64,000 bases of DNA from Armatimonadota bacterium (GTDB lineage Bacteria; Armatimonadota; UBA5829; DSUL01): positions 1-64,000 of the forward strand of contig JBDHZC010000001.1 in the NCBI GenBank assembly GCA_039811685.1, in the 5' to 3' direction. Below the pieces are notes generated by a model. That model made no database searches and was not told where the DNA came from. It saw nothing but the letters and a program-made list of their open reading frames with translations. The position numbers and the translations under genes were made by a program. This document shows positions 47,314 to 57,196 of the stretch, in pieces (the stretch's first letter is position 1; each line of letters opens with the position of its first letter).

Positions 47314-50300
47314 ATGCTCACGAAGAAAATGAACATGGCGCTTCTGGTAGGCTTCCTGTGGGTCGCCTGCCTGACAGTGTTGTCATGTATGCCTGCTCAT
47401 GCGGTAGGACGCTACAATCTAGCTTTCTGGCGGGAAGTTGGCTACTACGAAAATGCTGATCCTTTCGGAAACCACAGTATTTTTGTCTGGGTGTGGGATG
47501 AGCAGGGCAATCCGATGCAGGGTGTCAAGCTGTACACAACGTGGAATGTGTTGCTTGCGACTACAGATGCAGACGGTCGGGCAGAGGTCGTCATTGACGC
47601 TAACAATTCCGCTTACGACATGAAATGTGTGGATATCGCAGGCTCTGAAAGCGACGTCGCGCCCACTATGACCAGTCACCGGTGGCCAAACTACGGTCAT
47701 TATTCCTACGAACTCGGGTTCATGTTCAAGGCGGACAAGACCAATCCCGGTTCCTACGATACGAGTATGAACGGCACTGTCAACCTTGCCGACGGCAATG
47801 AGACTGATATTCCGTTTACAAAGAGCCTCGCGTACTACTCCAACAACGCCGCAAACTGGCAGAGCGATCAGTTTGCGCTTAGCTCGTGGGTGGACAGCCA
47901 TGGGCAAAGCTTTGTCGCCACTGGCGATCGCATTACCGCTGTCCAGTTTCACGGCGCGATTGGAAACAACTATTTCTTGAGCTGGACTGCGGAAATCCTG
48001 GAGGGAGGGCCGAATGGTCCGCGAATTGCTGGCCCCAGAAGCATTCCCTATCGTCAACCGATTCTCTGGGTGCTTCCCTTCGGAGTAAACGAAGCGCCTG
48101 TTCAGCCTGGACACACCTACTATCTGAAGATTACTCACCCAGGCGGGCTCAACACTTATACGACAGGCAACAACTATGCCCAGGGCAACTACTTTCTGAA
48201 TGGAGTCTCTCAACCTGCCAAGGACCTGCAGGGATTTGTGCTTTGCATGACGTACGGATCCACCCAGTTCGGAACTGTGAAAGGGACCGTTACCGGAAGC
48301 TCCAATCCCCTTGAAGGAGCGACCGTTACACTGAATCCAGGCAATCTTACCCAGGAGACACAGCCCGATGGCTCCTATCAGTTCTCAAACGTCGCTCCGG
48401 GTAGCTACACTGTGTCTGCGTGGCGGCCTGGCTTCTCCAGCAGCGCCGCGATTCCTGTGACTGTCTCCGCTAACAACATCTCAACGGTCGATATTTCTCT
48501 GACAGCTCTGACAAACCTGCTCATCAACGGCGGCTTCGAGACCGGAGCGGCCAACGCAGCAGTGCCTTCGCCCTGGATACCTTTCGGGAGCGGACTGAAT
48601 ATCTACAACAACATGGGCTGGGCTATTCCTTCTCACTCGGGTGCAAAGTACGCTGGCGCCGTGACAAGCTATGGCGTAATGAATGGCGGCGCGTATCAGA
48701 CTGTCGCGGTCACGCCTGGAACGCAGTACCTCGCTTCCGGGTATGTGTTCAATGACAGTTGGGACGGAGAGGGGCGCGCTCGGGAGTTCCCCGGCAACGT
48801 CAAAGGGCGAATCGGAATTGATCCCGCAGGTGGAACAAACCCATCGGCGTTTTCGGTGGTCTGGAGTCCGTGGAATGAGTCTTTCAACCGCTGGGGAGTC
48901 TCTTCTATTGCCGCTACAGCGTCCTCTACAGCGGTCACTGTGTTTCTCCAGTACACAATGACGCAAAGCGAGCAATGGAACAAAGCGGCCTTTGACGATA
49001 TCTTTCTGACGTCAAACGCTGTCTCGCCCTCCATTTCCATCACTTCGGGGCCGTCAGTCTCTGGCATCAGCTCTTCGCAGGCCACGATTTCCTGGACGAC
49101 AAATGTCGCCTCAAGCAGCGTTGTAGAGTACGGAACAACCGTGGCTTACGGACAGAGCGGCTCGTCTCCGGGAGATACTACCTCGCACAGCGTAACGCTT
49201 ACAGGTCTGCAGGCCAATGCGCCCTATCACTTCCGTGTCCGATCGGAAAAGACTGGCTATACGTCGGCGCTGTCTGCGGATAGTACGTTCCAGACTGCGG
49301 CCGGTCCGGTCGTACACATCACTTCGGGGCCTACCGTAGCCAGTATTACAACCAACTCGGCAACGGTTAACTGGACCACTGATGTACCTTCGACCTCACA
49401 GGTCAACTACGGCCTGACGGCCTCTTACGGCCAGTCGCGCACTGTCGGCGGTCTTGTGACGTCTCATTCTGTTCCTGTCACTGGATTGCAGAGCGGCTTG
49501 ACGTACCATTTTCAGGTTGTGTCCGGCGCATCTGGCTATACGGATGCCACGTCCAGCGACACCACTTTCACAACTGATCTGCCGGTTGGCGTGGTGCAGA
49601 ATCCAGGTTTTGAGGCTCAGGATGCGTATTGGACGCGCTACGGTCAGTTTGACGATGCTGGAGACAACGGTATTCAGACGACCGGTTGGTACCAGGGCTT
49701 CAATCCGCATGGCGGGGTAAACTACGCTGGAAGCGCGGCCAGCTACGGGACGAAGAATGGCGGTTTCTACCAGCGTGTGCGCGCGCAGGCCGGCGTATTC
49801 TACAAAGCCGCAGTCTGGTCGAAAACGCTCAATATTGGTGGCTCTGCGGCGGATACCAACAATCGTATCGGTATCGATCCGACCGGCGGGACGAATCCAA
49901 GTTCGACTTCCGTTGTCTGGTCTAATCGCAGCTCACCGGCCACCTGGACGCAGATTGCAGCAGCCGCAGTCGCATCAGGAGATTGGGTCACCATTTTTCT
50001 GGATGCGCAGCAGCTCTTCGCCGTGCAGTGGAACATCAATGCCTTTGACGACGTAACGCTCACAGCGCTTCCAGGCGGAGGTGTCGCTCAAGTCAAGGCG
50101 CTTGCGGATGGCACTGAAGCCGGCCTTGTTTCCGGAGTTGTGAGTGGGAGCTGGTTCGGCACATACTACGTCCAGAACACAGATCGCTCGAGCGGCATTC
50201 GAGTCAACGCCTCAGGTGCGGGTCCTGCCGTTGGGACTCTTGTTCAGGTCTGGGGCACACTGAGCACGACGTCAGGCGAACGTACGCTCATGGAAGGCGG

Positions 50301-50667
50301 ACGCGCCTCCACTGGCTCCACAACTGCACCTGTGCCGCTTGGAATAGCTCTTACACGGCTGGGCGGTCAGGACTGGCAGTACGTTGTGTCCAATGGCGCC
50401 GGTCAAAGAGGTGTCGATGGTGGCATCGGCTTGAACAACACGGGCCTGCTGGTGCGTGTCTGGGGGACTGTGGTCGGGCAGGAGAGTGGTTATCTGCTGT
50501 TGTCAGACGGCTCTCCACAGCCTGTGCGCATTGATACCTCGCGCCTGAGCTCTCCTCCTGCGCAAGGGGCTTTTACAGGCTTCGTAGGCCTGTCGAGCGT
50601 AGAGCTGATTAACGGGCAGTACGTACCCGTTGTGCGTCCACGCTCTGCGGCTGATCAAGCGCCGTAA
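47314..50667 (+). CDS. Large secreted modular protein (two CBM-like domains, two Fn3-like domains, shared C-terminal domain)
   Basis: Signal peptide; NGGFE/NPGFE starts, duplicated RIGIDPxGGTNP, duplicated ATI/VxWTT...YG...SHSV; C-terminal YYVQNTDRSSGIRV...GLLVRVWG...LSDGS. Confidence 0.75.
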   Translation: MLTKKMNMALLVGFLWVACLTVLSCMPAHAVGRYNLAFWREVGYYENADPFGNHSIFVWVWDEQGNPMQGVKLYTTWNVLLATTDADGRAEVVIDANNSAYDMKCVDIAGSESDVAPTMTSHRWPNYGHYSYELGFMFKADKTNPGSYDTSMNGTVNLADGNETDIPFTKSLAYYSNNAANWQSDQFALSSWVDSHGQSFVATGDRITAVQFHGAIGNNYFLSWTAEILEGGPNGPRIAGPRSIPYRQPILWVLPFGVNEAPVQPGHTYYLKITHPGGLNTYTTGNNYAQGNYFLNGVSQPAKDLQGFVLCMTYGSTQFGTVKGTVTGSSNPLEGATVTLNPGNLTQETQPDGSYQFSNVAPGSYTVSAWRPGFSSSAAIPVTVSANNISTVDISLTALTNLLINGGFETGAANAAVPSPWIPFGSGLNIYNNMGWAIPSHSGAKYAGAVTSYGVMNGGAYQTVAVTPGTQYLASGYVFNDSWDGEGRAREFPGNVKGRIGIDPAGGTNPSAFSVVWSPWNESFNRWGVSSIAATASSTAVTVFLQYTMTQSEQWNKAAFDDIFLTSNAVSPSISITSGPSVSGISSSQATISWTTNVASSSVVEYGTTVAYGQSGSSPGDTTSHSVTLTGLQANAPYHFRVRSEKTGYTSALSADSTFQTAAGPVVHITSGPTVASITTNSATVNWTTDVPSTSQVNYGLTASYGQSRTVGGLVTSHSVPVTGLQSGLTYHFQVVSGASGYTDATSSDTTFTTDLPVGVVQNPGFEAQDAYWTRYGQFDDAGDNGIQTTGWYQGFNPHGGVNYAGSAASYGTKNGGFYQRVRAQAGVFYKAAVWSKTLNIGGSAADTNNRIGIDPTGGTNPSSTSVVWSNRSSPATWTQIAAAAVASGDWVTIFLDAQQLFAVQWNINAFDDVTLTALPGGGVAQVKALADGTEAGLVSGVVSGSWFGTYYVQNTDRSSGIRVNASGAGPAVGTLVQVWGTLSTTSGERTLMEGGRASTGSTTAPVPLGIALTRLGGQDWQYVVSNGAGQRGVDGGIGLNNTGLLVRVWGTVVGQESGYLLLSDGSPQPVRIDTSRLSSPPAQGAFTGFVGLSSVELINGQYVPVVRPRSAADQAP

Positions 50668-50852
50668 GATCACTGTCATAGCGCCCGGTTTGCGAGTCAT
50701 CTCTTGCGTTAACTCTGGTGAGTATCGGAGTCCAAATGCAGAGGCGCAACCGGGCGCTTATTCCCACTTCTTTTCCAGAAACGGGACCTGCGGTGAGAGG
50801 CAGACCTGTGGCTTTGTCCTGTCAATGCCTCGCGCTCGATGCTCATTCCGGT

Positions 50853-52973
50853 TCAGTCGAGCTTCAGCGCTTGCCCGGGCTGAGTTGTCAAACTGCGGGT
50901 GGACGGATTGAGAACGCCCCGAGCAAACACAAAGTCCCCGTTCTGGAAAAGGTGTCCCGGAAGGGAAACTCGCACGGGCTGCTCAGAGCCATCATCTAAC
51001 TCAAATGTGTCGCCGTTGATGACGTGCACACGTCCCCACGTGCCGAAGAGGGCGTGTGTAGCGGCTGTGGGCACAAGCTCATCATTGCGCAAATTGAAGT
51101 TGTTGAGGCGATAGACTGGGCCGGTCACGTAGGAGCCAGATGTGTCTGCTCCGACATTGCCAACACCGTCTGTCGCTTCAATCGTCACCGGATGCGATCC
51201 GATCTCCGAGTCTGCGTTGATAGCTCCGGCCCACACAGTTCCCCCAGAGGGACTAAGGCTGACGCCATTGGCCTTGACGCTTACAACGCCCGAAGTGTCC
51301 GCAACTGTGGCAGAAATCTGCAGAGCGTCGTTTGCGGCGACAAGCGATGGCAGAACTTCCACGTTCGAAATGGCTGGTGGATTGGACTCTGGCGCGACAA
51401 CAACATCCTGTTCAATGGTTGGACCGAACCAAGCCACGTTCTCCTGCAGCATTCTCCAATCCGTTCGGTAGGTTCCGGGTGTTAGCGGCGCTTTCAGTGT
51501 TATCGCGAAGGTGACTGTATCACCGGGGCTGACTTCGCCGGGAAGCTCAAATCTCGTCTGCGAAGATAGCGGATCAGAATCTCCCCACGCGCCCAGTCTG
51601 TAGTTGCGCGCGCTTGTCCAGAGTACACCGCGGTTTCGGAAGCTCAGGTGTACCTGCCGGACTTCTCCTGGCAGCATCTGTGTTGGGATGTCATGGCTGA
51701 CGATCTCATCAGACTGAAACGCCCATGTGGGCTGCACGCCATAATAGTCACAAATGCCCTTGTATATGCCCCACATCCCCGCGCTGCGAAAGTAGTTGTC
51801 GCGAAGAAAAACGGCGTCGCGGTCGCAGGTGTCGTGGAAGCCGAGCTCCACCAGGGCTGCAGCGCACTCAGGAATACGCGTCTCGTAATTGCCTCCATTG
51901 AAATCCGGTACACCGCGGTCAGACCAGGTCGCGTCATAGTTTGTGCGAATAGTCGAAACAACCGCACTTTGCACCTTCAGAGCCAGTGTCTTACTGATGG
52001 CGCCCCAGGCTGTGTGCGAGGCGCTGTTGTCGTAATAGGTGGCGACACCGGTCGGACAGCCTGCTCCTTCGCAGAATCCTGACAGCCCATTGGTGTGGAC
52101 CGCAATGTGCAGGTCCGCGCCGTCGTAGTTGGGCATCAGGCCACGCGCCCTGATGTTGTCATTGCTTTCGCTCGCGCCTGAGCCCAGCACACAATCTCCG
52201 GTGGAGTTAGCATAGACGCTGCACGGATAGCCGCGAGATTGCAGCCAGTAGGACGGCCCCATGCGCCACCACTGTGCGCCGGAAACGGCGTACACTCCGT
52301 ACGACTTGTCCATGCAGCGGTTCGGGATAACGTCTGCTCCGTCGCTCTGAAGATAGGAGAGCAGGTAGATGCTCATCTCCAGTGTGTGGTAGTCCTCCTC
52401 ATTCAGAGGAGAGCAGTACGGGGGTCTGTCTGTTGACCATCCGGATCCACCCCACTTCAGCCCGTGCCCTGGAGAAAGCGAAATACGTTTGCCGGCCAGC
52501 TTGTTACCGGTAGCCTGAAGTTCGACTCCCTGTGGTTCCAAAGCGCGGGTTCGCGGCGTAATTGGCGATTGCGCAGGTGTCCACGTGTAAAGATCTCTCC
52601 CATTCGCCAGAATGCGCACACTCTCCTGAATACCGTGCGCTTCGAGAGTCATTTTCACCTGGTGGTAGATCGCTTCCAGCCGCGCGTCATCCAGTCCTGT
52701 GCCGATCAGCTCCTGCGAAAAGTCAACTGTGATTGTCTGGCCCTTGGCGGCGTAGGCGAGCAGACGCGTTTCTGGCGGGAGCGCTGATGTCAACCCCGCT
52801 GGAGGGTAGGGCAGAAGCATAAGAGCAGCGGGCGCATCAACGGCAGCCGCCAGATTCGCGCCGGAGAGTGAACCGGCATGGTCATAGTACACGACTACGC
52901 CGCTTGATGCCGGCCGACAAACGGAAAGGGCGGTCAGCGCAAAAATACTCGCTTGCCAGAAACAAAAACGCAT
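50853..52973 (-). CDS. Secreted N-acetylmuramoyl-L-alanine amidase (GerMN-like + Amidase_3 + NBR1-like Ig + Ig + shared C-terminal domain)
   Basis: ITVDFS GerMN-like region; SPGHG, E, VHTNG, VELGFH amidase motifs; NRGVLW...PGTYRTDWRM...WFG. Confidence 0.8.
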   Translation of the reverse strand: MRFCFWQASIFALTALSVCRPASSGVVVYYDHAGSLSGANLAAAVDAPAALMLLPYPPAGLTSALPPETRLLAYAAKGQTITVDFSQELIGTGLDDARLEAIYHQVKMTLEAHGIQESVRILANGRDLYTWTPAQSPITPRTRALEPQGVELQATGNKLAGKRISLSPGHGLKWGGSGWSTDRPPYCSPLNEEDYHTLEMSIYLLSYLQSDGADVIPNRCMDKSYGVYAVSGAQWWRMGPSYWLQSRGYPCSVYANSTGDCVLGSGASESNDNIRARGLMPNYDGADLHIAVHTNGLSGFCEGAGCPTGVATYYDNSASHTAWGAISKTLALKVQSAVVSTIRTNYDATWSDRGVPDFNGGNYETRIPECAAALVELGFHDTCDRDAVFLRDNYFRSAGMWGIYKGICDYYGVQPTWAFQSDEIVSHDIPTQMLPGEVRQVHLSFRNRGVLWTSARNYRLGAWGDSDPLSSQTRFELPGEVSPGDTVTFAITLKAPLTPGTYRTDWRMLQENVAWFGPTIEQDVVVAPESNPPAISNVEVLPSLVAANDALQISATVADTSGVVSVKANGVSLSPSGGTVWAGAINADSEIGSHPVTIEATDGVGNVGADTSGSYVTGPVYRLNNFNLRNDELVPTAATHALFGTWGRVHVINGDTFELDDGSEQPVRVSLPGHLFQNGDFVFARGVLNPSTRSLTTQPGQALKLD

Positions 52974-53040
52974 GGGGATGGCCTCACTGTGCGCGGCTAC
53001 AGCGCGCTACATTCAGTATAGGGTCCCCTGAGCGCTCCGG

Positions 53041-53964
53041 TCAAGGCATTTGCTTTGTAGGACCCTGCCCGAAAACCGCCTGTGTCCAGCATTGCGCGCC
53101 GTCTGAAGAGGTTACGCGGACTCGCCCGTAAACTGCGTTCTGTGGGAGCTCGAAGCGCGCCTGCGTACCGCTCAGGCTACTCGCAACTTTTCCATCGCTG
53201 ACAAACTCGATAAGATAGGTGTCTGCGCCTGCCGTTTGCACGTCCACAAAGATGCTGCTGTCCGTGATCTGGAGGTCTTTCAGAGAAACGCCGGTGGAAG
53301 CGTAGAAATCGCCAGCGGCAATAGCTGCGATGATCTTCTCTGTGCTCAGCGCTTCAGCCCGGACCACAATCCATCCGCGCCCAGGATTCGCCCATTCCTT
53401 CCCCATCTGTTTGAAGTGGTGAGCGTCGTCAACCGCTACTCCCAGCACTCGCCGCCCTTTGCTGAGCACTGCATCCCATATCTGCTCTGCACTCGGTAAA
53501 CCCTGCGAAGGATCTCCTTCGTTATGTACTTCGGGATGTCCGCTCCACATCTCAATCATGCGCACACCTGGTACAGCCAGCAAATCTTCACTCGTAATGG
53601 CGTAGTAGAAGTTCGGGTGATTCACGTGGGCGAGCGCCCCGGTTTCTTCGATAGCCGCAATATCGCGCACAATGGCCTCAGACACGGTATCGCCACTTCG
53701 CGGACGGATGACTCCGCTCGGATTCAGTGCATTTATGTGTACGGGTTTGCCGTCAGCAAAGTCGGTCACCTCTTCACCGGCTATCAGGATAAACTCAGGG
53801 GTCTCGAGATGTCTGAAACGGGAGATATCCAGTACCAAATTGTGGTCGGTGTGGACCAGAAAGTTGTAGCCAGAGTCCTTGTGGTAGGCGATTACGGTTT
53901 CTGGAGAGCTGTCTCCATCAGATTCATTTGTGTGGCAATGAGTGCTTCCTCGATACCAGGGCAT
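53041..53964 (-). CDS. PHP-family (CehA/McbA-like) metallohydrolase
   Basis: HCHT..SDG, TDHN, GEE, NHP, DDAH; RBS GAAAGGA. Confidence 0.85.
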   Translation of the reverse strand: MPWYRGSTHCHTNESDGDSSPETVIAYHKDSGYNFLVHTDHNLVLDISRFRHLETPEFILIAGEEVTDFADGKPVHINALNPSGVIRPRSGDTVSEAIVRDIAAIEETGALAHVNHPNFYYAITSEDLLAVPGVRMIEMWSGHPEVHNEGDPSQGLPSAEQIWDAVLSKGRRVLGVAVDDAHHFKQMGKEWANPGRGWIVVRAEALSTEKIIAAIAAGDFYASTGVSLKDLQITDSSIFVDVQTAGADTYLIEFVSDGKVASSLSGTQARFELPQNAVYGRVRVTSSDGAQCWTQAVFGQGPTKQMP

Positions 53965-54089
53965 AGCGCATCCTTTCTCTCTTGACTCACCAAAGTGTGA
54001 CCCTTCTCACACACTTTGGCAACTCTGGTAAGTGCTGACTCTGGTGTTTTCGCCGGTCATGCCTTACACTAAAGGAGGAGAAGATTGCT

Positions 54090-55721
54090 ATGTTTGAGTT
54101 TAGACGAGCGCTGGCTCTGGGACTGCTGGCGGCTGCGTGTTCAACCCTGACATCCGGAGGCGCCTGTGCCGGCTATCGCGTGATCAATCTCGGCGTAGCT
54201 CCCGGTACGACGGGCACACAAGCGCGCGCGATCAACAACTCAGGTGTCATCGCCGGATATACCACGGGCCTTGAGCGCGCGTTCCGCTATATCGGCGGAA
54301 GGGGGATTGAACTGCTTCCTACGCTGGGTGGAGGTGTCGGAAGGGCGTACGGGCTGAACGATTCAGGGGATGTCGCGGGCTACTCTTACCTGGAAGACAA
54401 CTCCATTCGCGCGTTTCGCTGGGCAGAACACTCCGGCATCGAGAACCTGGGGACCTTTCCGGTAGGCGGCGGCTCCAGTCAGGCAACTGCGATCAATGCG
54501 AGCGGTCAGGTGGCCGGATTCGCACTGCTAAACGGCTCGCAGCGGGCTTTTCGCTACTCCAACGGCGTCATTCAGGACCTTGGCGTCCTGCCCGGAGCCG
54601 CCGAGGGCGCTGTAAGCGTGGCGAACGCACTCAATGATCTGGGCGAAGTAGTTGGAGATGCGTCCACTACAGATCTGCTTATCAAAGAAGCCTTCCGGAC
54701 GGACCCCAATGGCCAGAATATGACTGGTCTGGGCACGCTGGGTGGGGCGCAAAGCTGGGCAACTGCTGTCAACAACAGCGGACAGATTACCGGCTACGCC
54801 AAGACCAGTCTTGGCGAGACTCATGCCTACCGGAGAGAGGCGGCCGGGTCTCTGCGGGATCTGCGGACCCTTGGTGGAACGCGCAGCTATGGTTACAGCA
54901 TCAACTCCGATGGTTACGTGGTGGGGTACTCAACGACACCGGGAGACACTTCCCAGCACGCATTTATCTGGCGCAATACACTGGAGGGAATGACCGATCT
55001 CAACTCTATGCTGCCTCCAGACTCTGGTTGGATTCTAGAGAGCGCTTACGGTATCAACGATTCAGGGCAGATTACGGGAGTTGGCCGCTACAAGGGCTCT
55101 CCAGCGGCATTTCTGCTAACCAGCGACGACACCGCTCCGAGTATCGTCAATACCACCGCGAGTCCGGGTCTCGCAGCGCCTGGTCAGATTGTGTCGCTGG
55201 CGGTTACAGCAACGGATGACGTGGGCGTCACGAGCGCCCTGGCGGACGATATTCCGTTGCAGAAAGATCCGATCGACGGCGTTTGGAAAGGAAACCTAAC
55301 TGCTGAGCCTTCACCAGGAAAACATGCATTTCACGTCGTCGCCTACGACGCCTCAGGCAACTCGGCTTCTCAGGATGTCTCTTACACTACGGCTCACCGA
55401 GTCGTTGCCAACAATCGCGCCCTTACGCATCCACTGATTGCCACAGTTCGGGATGCGTTCGTTTTCACGGCGCGTGGGAGAGTTGTGTCTGTTGATCCTG
55501 TTCTGAAGCTGTGGGACGGCTCTGAAGTGTTCGGGGAGCCGACTCTCATATCCATCTTCGGGGCGGCAGGGTCTTTTCAAATTGGTGATTATATCAGCGT
55601 CACTGGAATTGTCACGGCCTTGGGTTCAAATCCAGCTATCGCGACAACTCCAGACCAGGTGATCAAGCACAACCAAAGCAGGCTTTCACACGCCCTCCGA
55701 GCGTCAACGTGTGGGAGGTAG
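54090..55721 (+). CDS. Extracellular HAF-repeat protein with Ig and shared C-terminal domain
   Basis: RBS AAGGAGG; signal peptide; repeats LGTLGG..S.A.AINxxGQV.G..HAF/RAF. Confidence 0.88.
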   Translation: MFEFRRALALGLLAAACSTLTSGGACAGYRVINLGVAPGTTGTQARAINNSGVIAGYTTGLERAFRYIGGRGIELLPTLGGGVGRAYGLNDSGDVAGYSYLEDNSIRAFRWAEHSGIENLGTFPVGGGSSQATAINASGQVAGFALLNGSQRAFRYSNGVIQDLGVLPGAAEGAVSVANALNDLGEVVGDASTTDLLIKEAFRTDPNGQNMTGLGTLGGAQSWATAVNNSGQITGYAKTSLGETHAYRREAAGSLRDLRTLGGTRSYGYSINSDGYVVGYSTTPGDTSQHAFIWRNTLEGMTDLNSMLPPDSGWILESAYGINDSGQITGVGRYKGSPAAFLLTSDDTAPSIVNTTASPGLAAPGQIVSLAVTATDDVGVTSALADDIPLQKDPIDGVWKGNLTAEPSPGKHAFHVVAYDASGNSASQDVSYTTAHRVVANNRALTHPLIATVRDAFVFTARGRVVSVDPVLKLWDGSEVFGEPTLISIFGAAGSFQIGDYISVTGIVTALGSNPAIATTPDQVIKHNQSRLSHALRASTCGR

Positions 55722-55739
55722 TTCTGCTCGAGACGGTTT

Positions 55740-56648
55740 CTACCGGGTTTTCTGCCCGAGTGGCTCTGCCGGCTCAGAGGTCTGCGGCTCCGTATGGATG
55801 ATGACGTCTGTCGCGCCTGTGGACTCCTCAACTGCGCGCTGCACATCGTGTGTGATCTCGTGCGCCTTGCGCAGGGTAATCTCCGGATCGACCCGGATAT
55901 GAAGATCTACAGAGCGCCTTTTCTCCGTTCCCCTGGACCGTATCTTCTCGACAGAGAGCACGCCCTCTACACCCAAGGCAGCAGACTCTATCTGCTCGGG
56001 CTCGATGTCTGTCTCGTCGGTGAGCACGCGGGTAGCGCGCTTGAAGATCAGCCACGCGCTGTAGAATATGGCTGCCGTGACAGCCAGCGCGGCTATCGGA
56101 TCGAATATTGTGGCGCCACTCCACGCCAGCGCAAGAGCCAGCAGAACGCCTCCAGACACGAATATGTCGCTTTGTGTCTGAAGGGAGTCCGCGTGGAGAA
56201 TGTCGGAGTTGTACCGGCGCGCCGCACGGCGCTCGTAAGCAGTCACAAATACGTTGATTACCATCGTCACAATCATAACGACGATATTGAGAAATGTTAT
56301 GTGAGGATGTTGCTGATGGATGAGTCTGGCAACGGACTCCTGAATAATCTCGATGGCTGTGTAGATGACAACGGCGCCAATTACCAGAGACGTGAGCGTT
56401 TCGATTTTATGATGGCCGTAGGGATGATTGGAGTCTGGCGGTCGAGCTCCTGCTGTTACTCCCACAAGCCCGACTACGTTCGAGAGACTGTCCAGCAGCG
56501 AGTGCACTCCATCCGCGACCATGCTCAGCGTATTTGTCAAGAGCCCGACTACTAGCTTTGCCAGGGCGACCAGGATATTCATCACCATGACCTGCACGAG
56601 GACACGGCGCACATTGCGCAGCCGGATTTTCCAGTCAGTCTGTTTCAT
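55740..56648 (-). CDS. Cation diffusion facilitator family transporter
   Basis: ADGVHSLLD, PPDSNHPYGH, C-terminal dimerisation domain VIIHTEP. Confidence 0.92.
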   Translation of the reverse strand: MKQTDWKIRLRNVRRVLVQVMVMNILVALAKLVVGLLTNTLSMVADGVHSLLDSLSNVVGLVGVTAGARPPDSNHPYGHHKIETLTSLVIGAVVIYTAIEIIQESVARLIHQQHPHITFLNIVVMIVTMVINVFVTAYERRAARRYNSDILHADSLQTQSDIFVSGGVLLALALAWSGATIFDPIAALAVTAAIFYSAWLIFKRATRVLTDETDIEPEQIESAALGVEGVLSVEKIRSRGTEKRRSVDLHIRVDPEITLRKAHEITHDVQRAVEESTGATDVIIHTEPQTSEPAEPLGQKTR

Positions 56649-56818
56649 TTGAGGTTGTGCGTGAAGTTTGCTACAGCTATTGGAACGCGCACCGCACGCT
56701 CGCACAGGCGCTTGTCAAATAGACAACGGTGGTTTTGACGGATACAGAGTATATTCTACCCTGTCACTGCCTGCGCGGACGATTATCTCAGCGGCGTGAC
56801 ACATGGGAGGAACATGTT

Positions 56819-57196
56819 TTGAGCGATTTTCGGACCACATTCCTGCATTGTCGCATCCGGGTGGGCGATCTCGACAAAAGCGTGCGGTTCTACACAGACG
56901 TGTTCGGGTTCAAAGAACTGCGCCGCTCGACGTCTCCAGCCGGCAATCAACTCTGCTTTCTGGAGTTGCCGGGAAACACCACCAAACTGGAGTTGGCCCA
57001 CTCACCGGATTTTGGAGCTATCGAGTTTCCCGAGGACATCTTTCACTTTGCGTTCGACACGCCGGATCTGGATGCGTTTCGGAAGAAGTGGGAGCCTGAG
57101 GGAGTCGAGTTCTGGCCGGAGGACGGACCGGTAAACGGCCATTTCTACTTCATCAGCGATCCGGACGGATATGAAATAGAAGTCCTCAAAGCGTGA
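56819..57196 (+). CDS. VOC/glyoxalase I family protein
   Basis: HCRIRVGDLDKS..FY, LEL, HFAF, DPDGYEIE; TTG start after GGGAGG. Confidence 0.88.
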   Translation: MSDFRTTFLHCRIRVGDLDKSVRFYTDVFGFKELRRSTSPAGNQLCFLELPGNTTKLELAHSPDFGAIEFPEDIFHFAFDTPDLDAFRKKWEPEGVEFWPEDGPVNGHFYFISDPDGYEIEVLKA

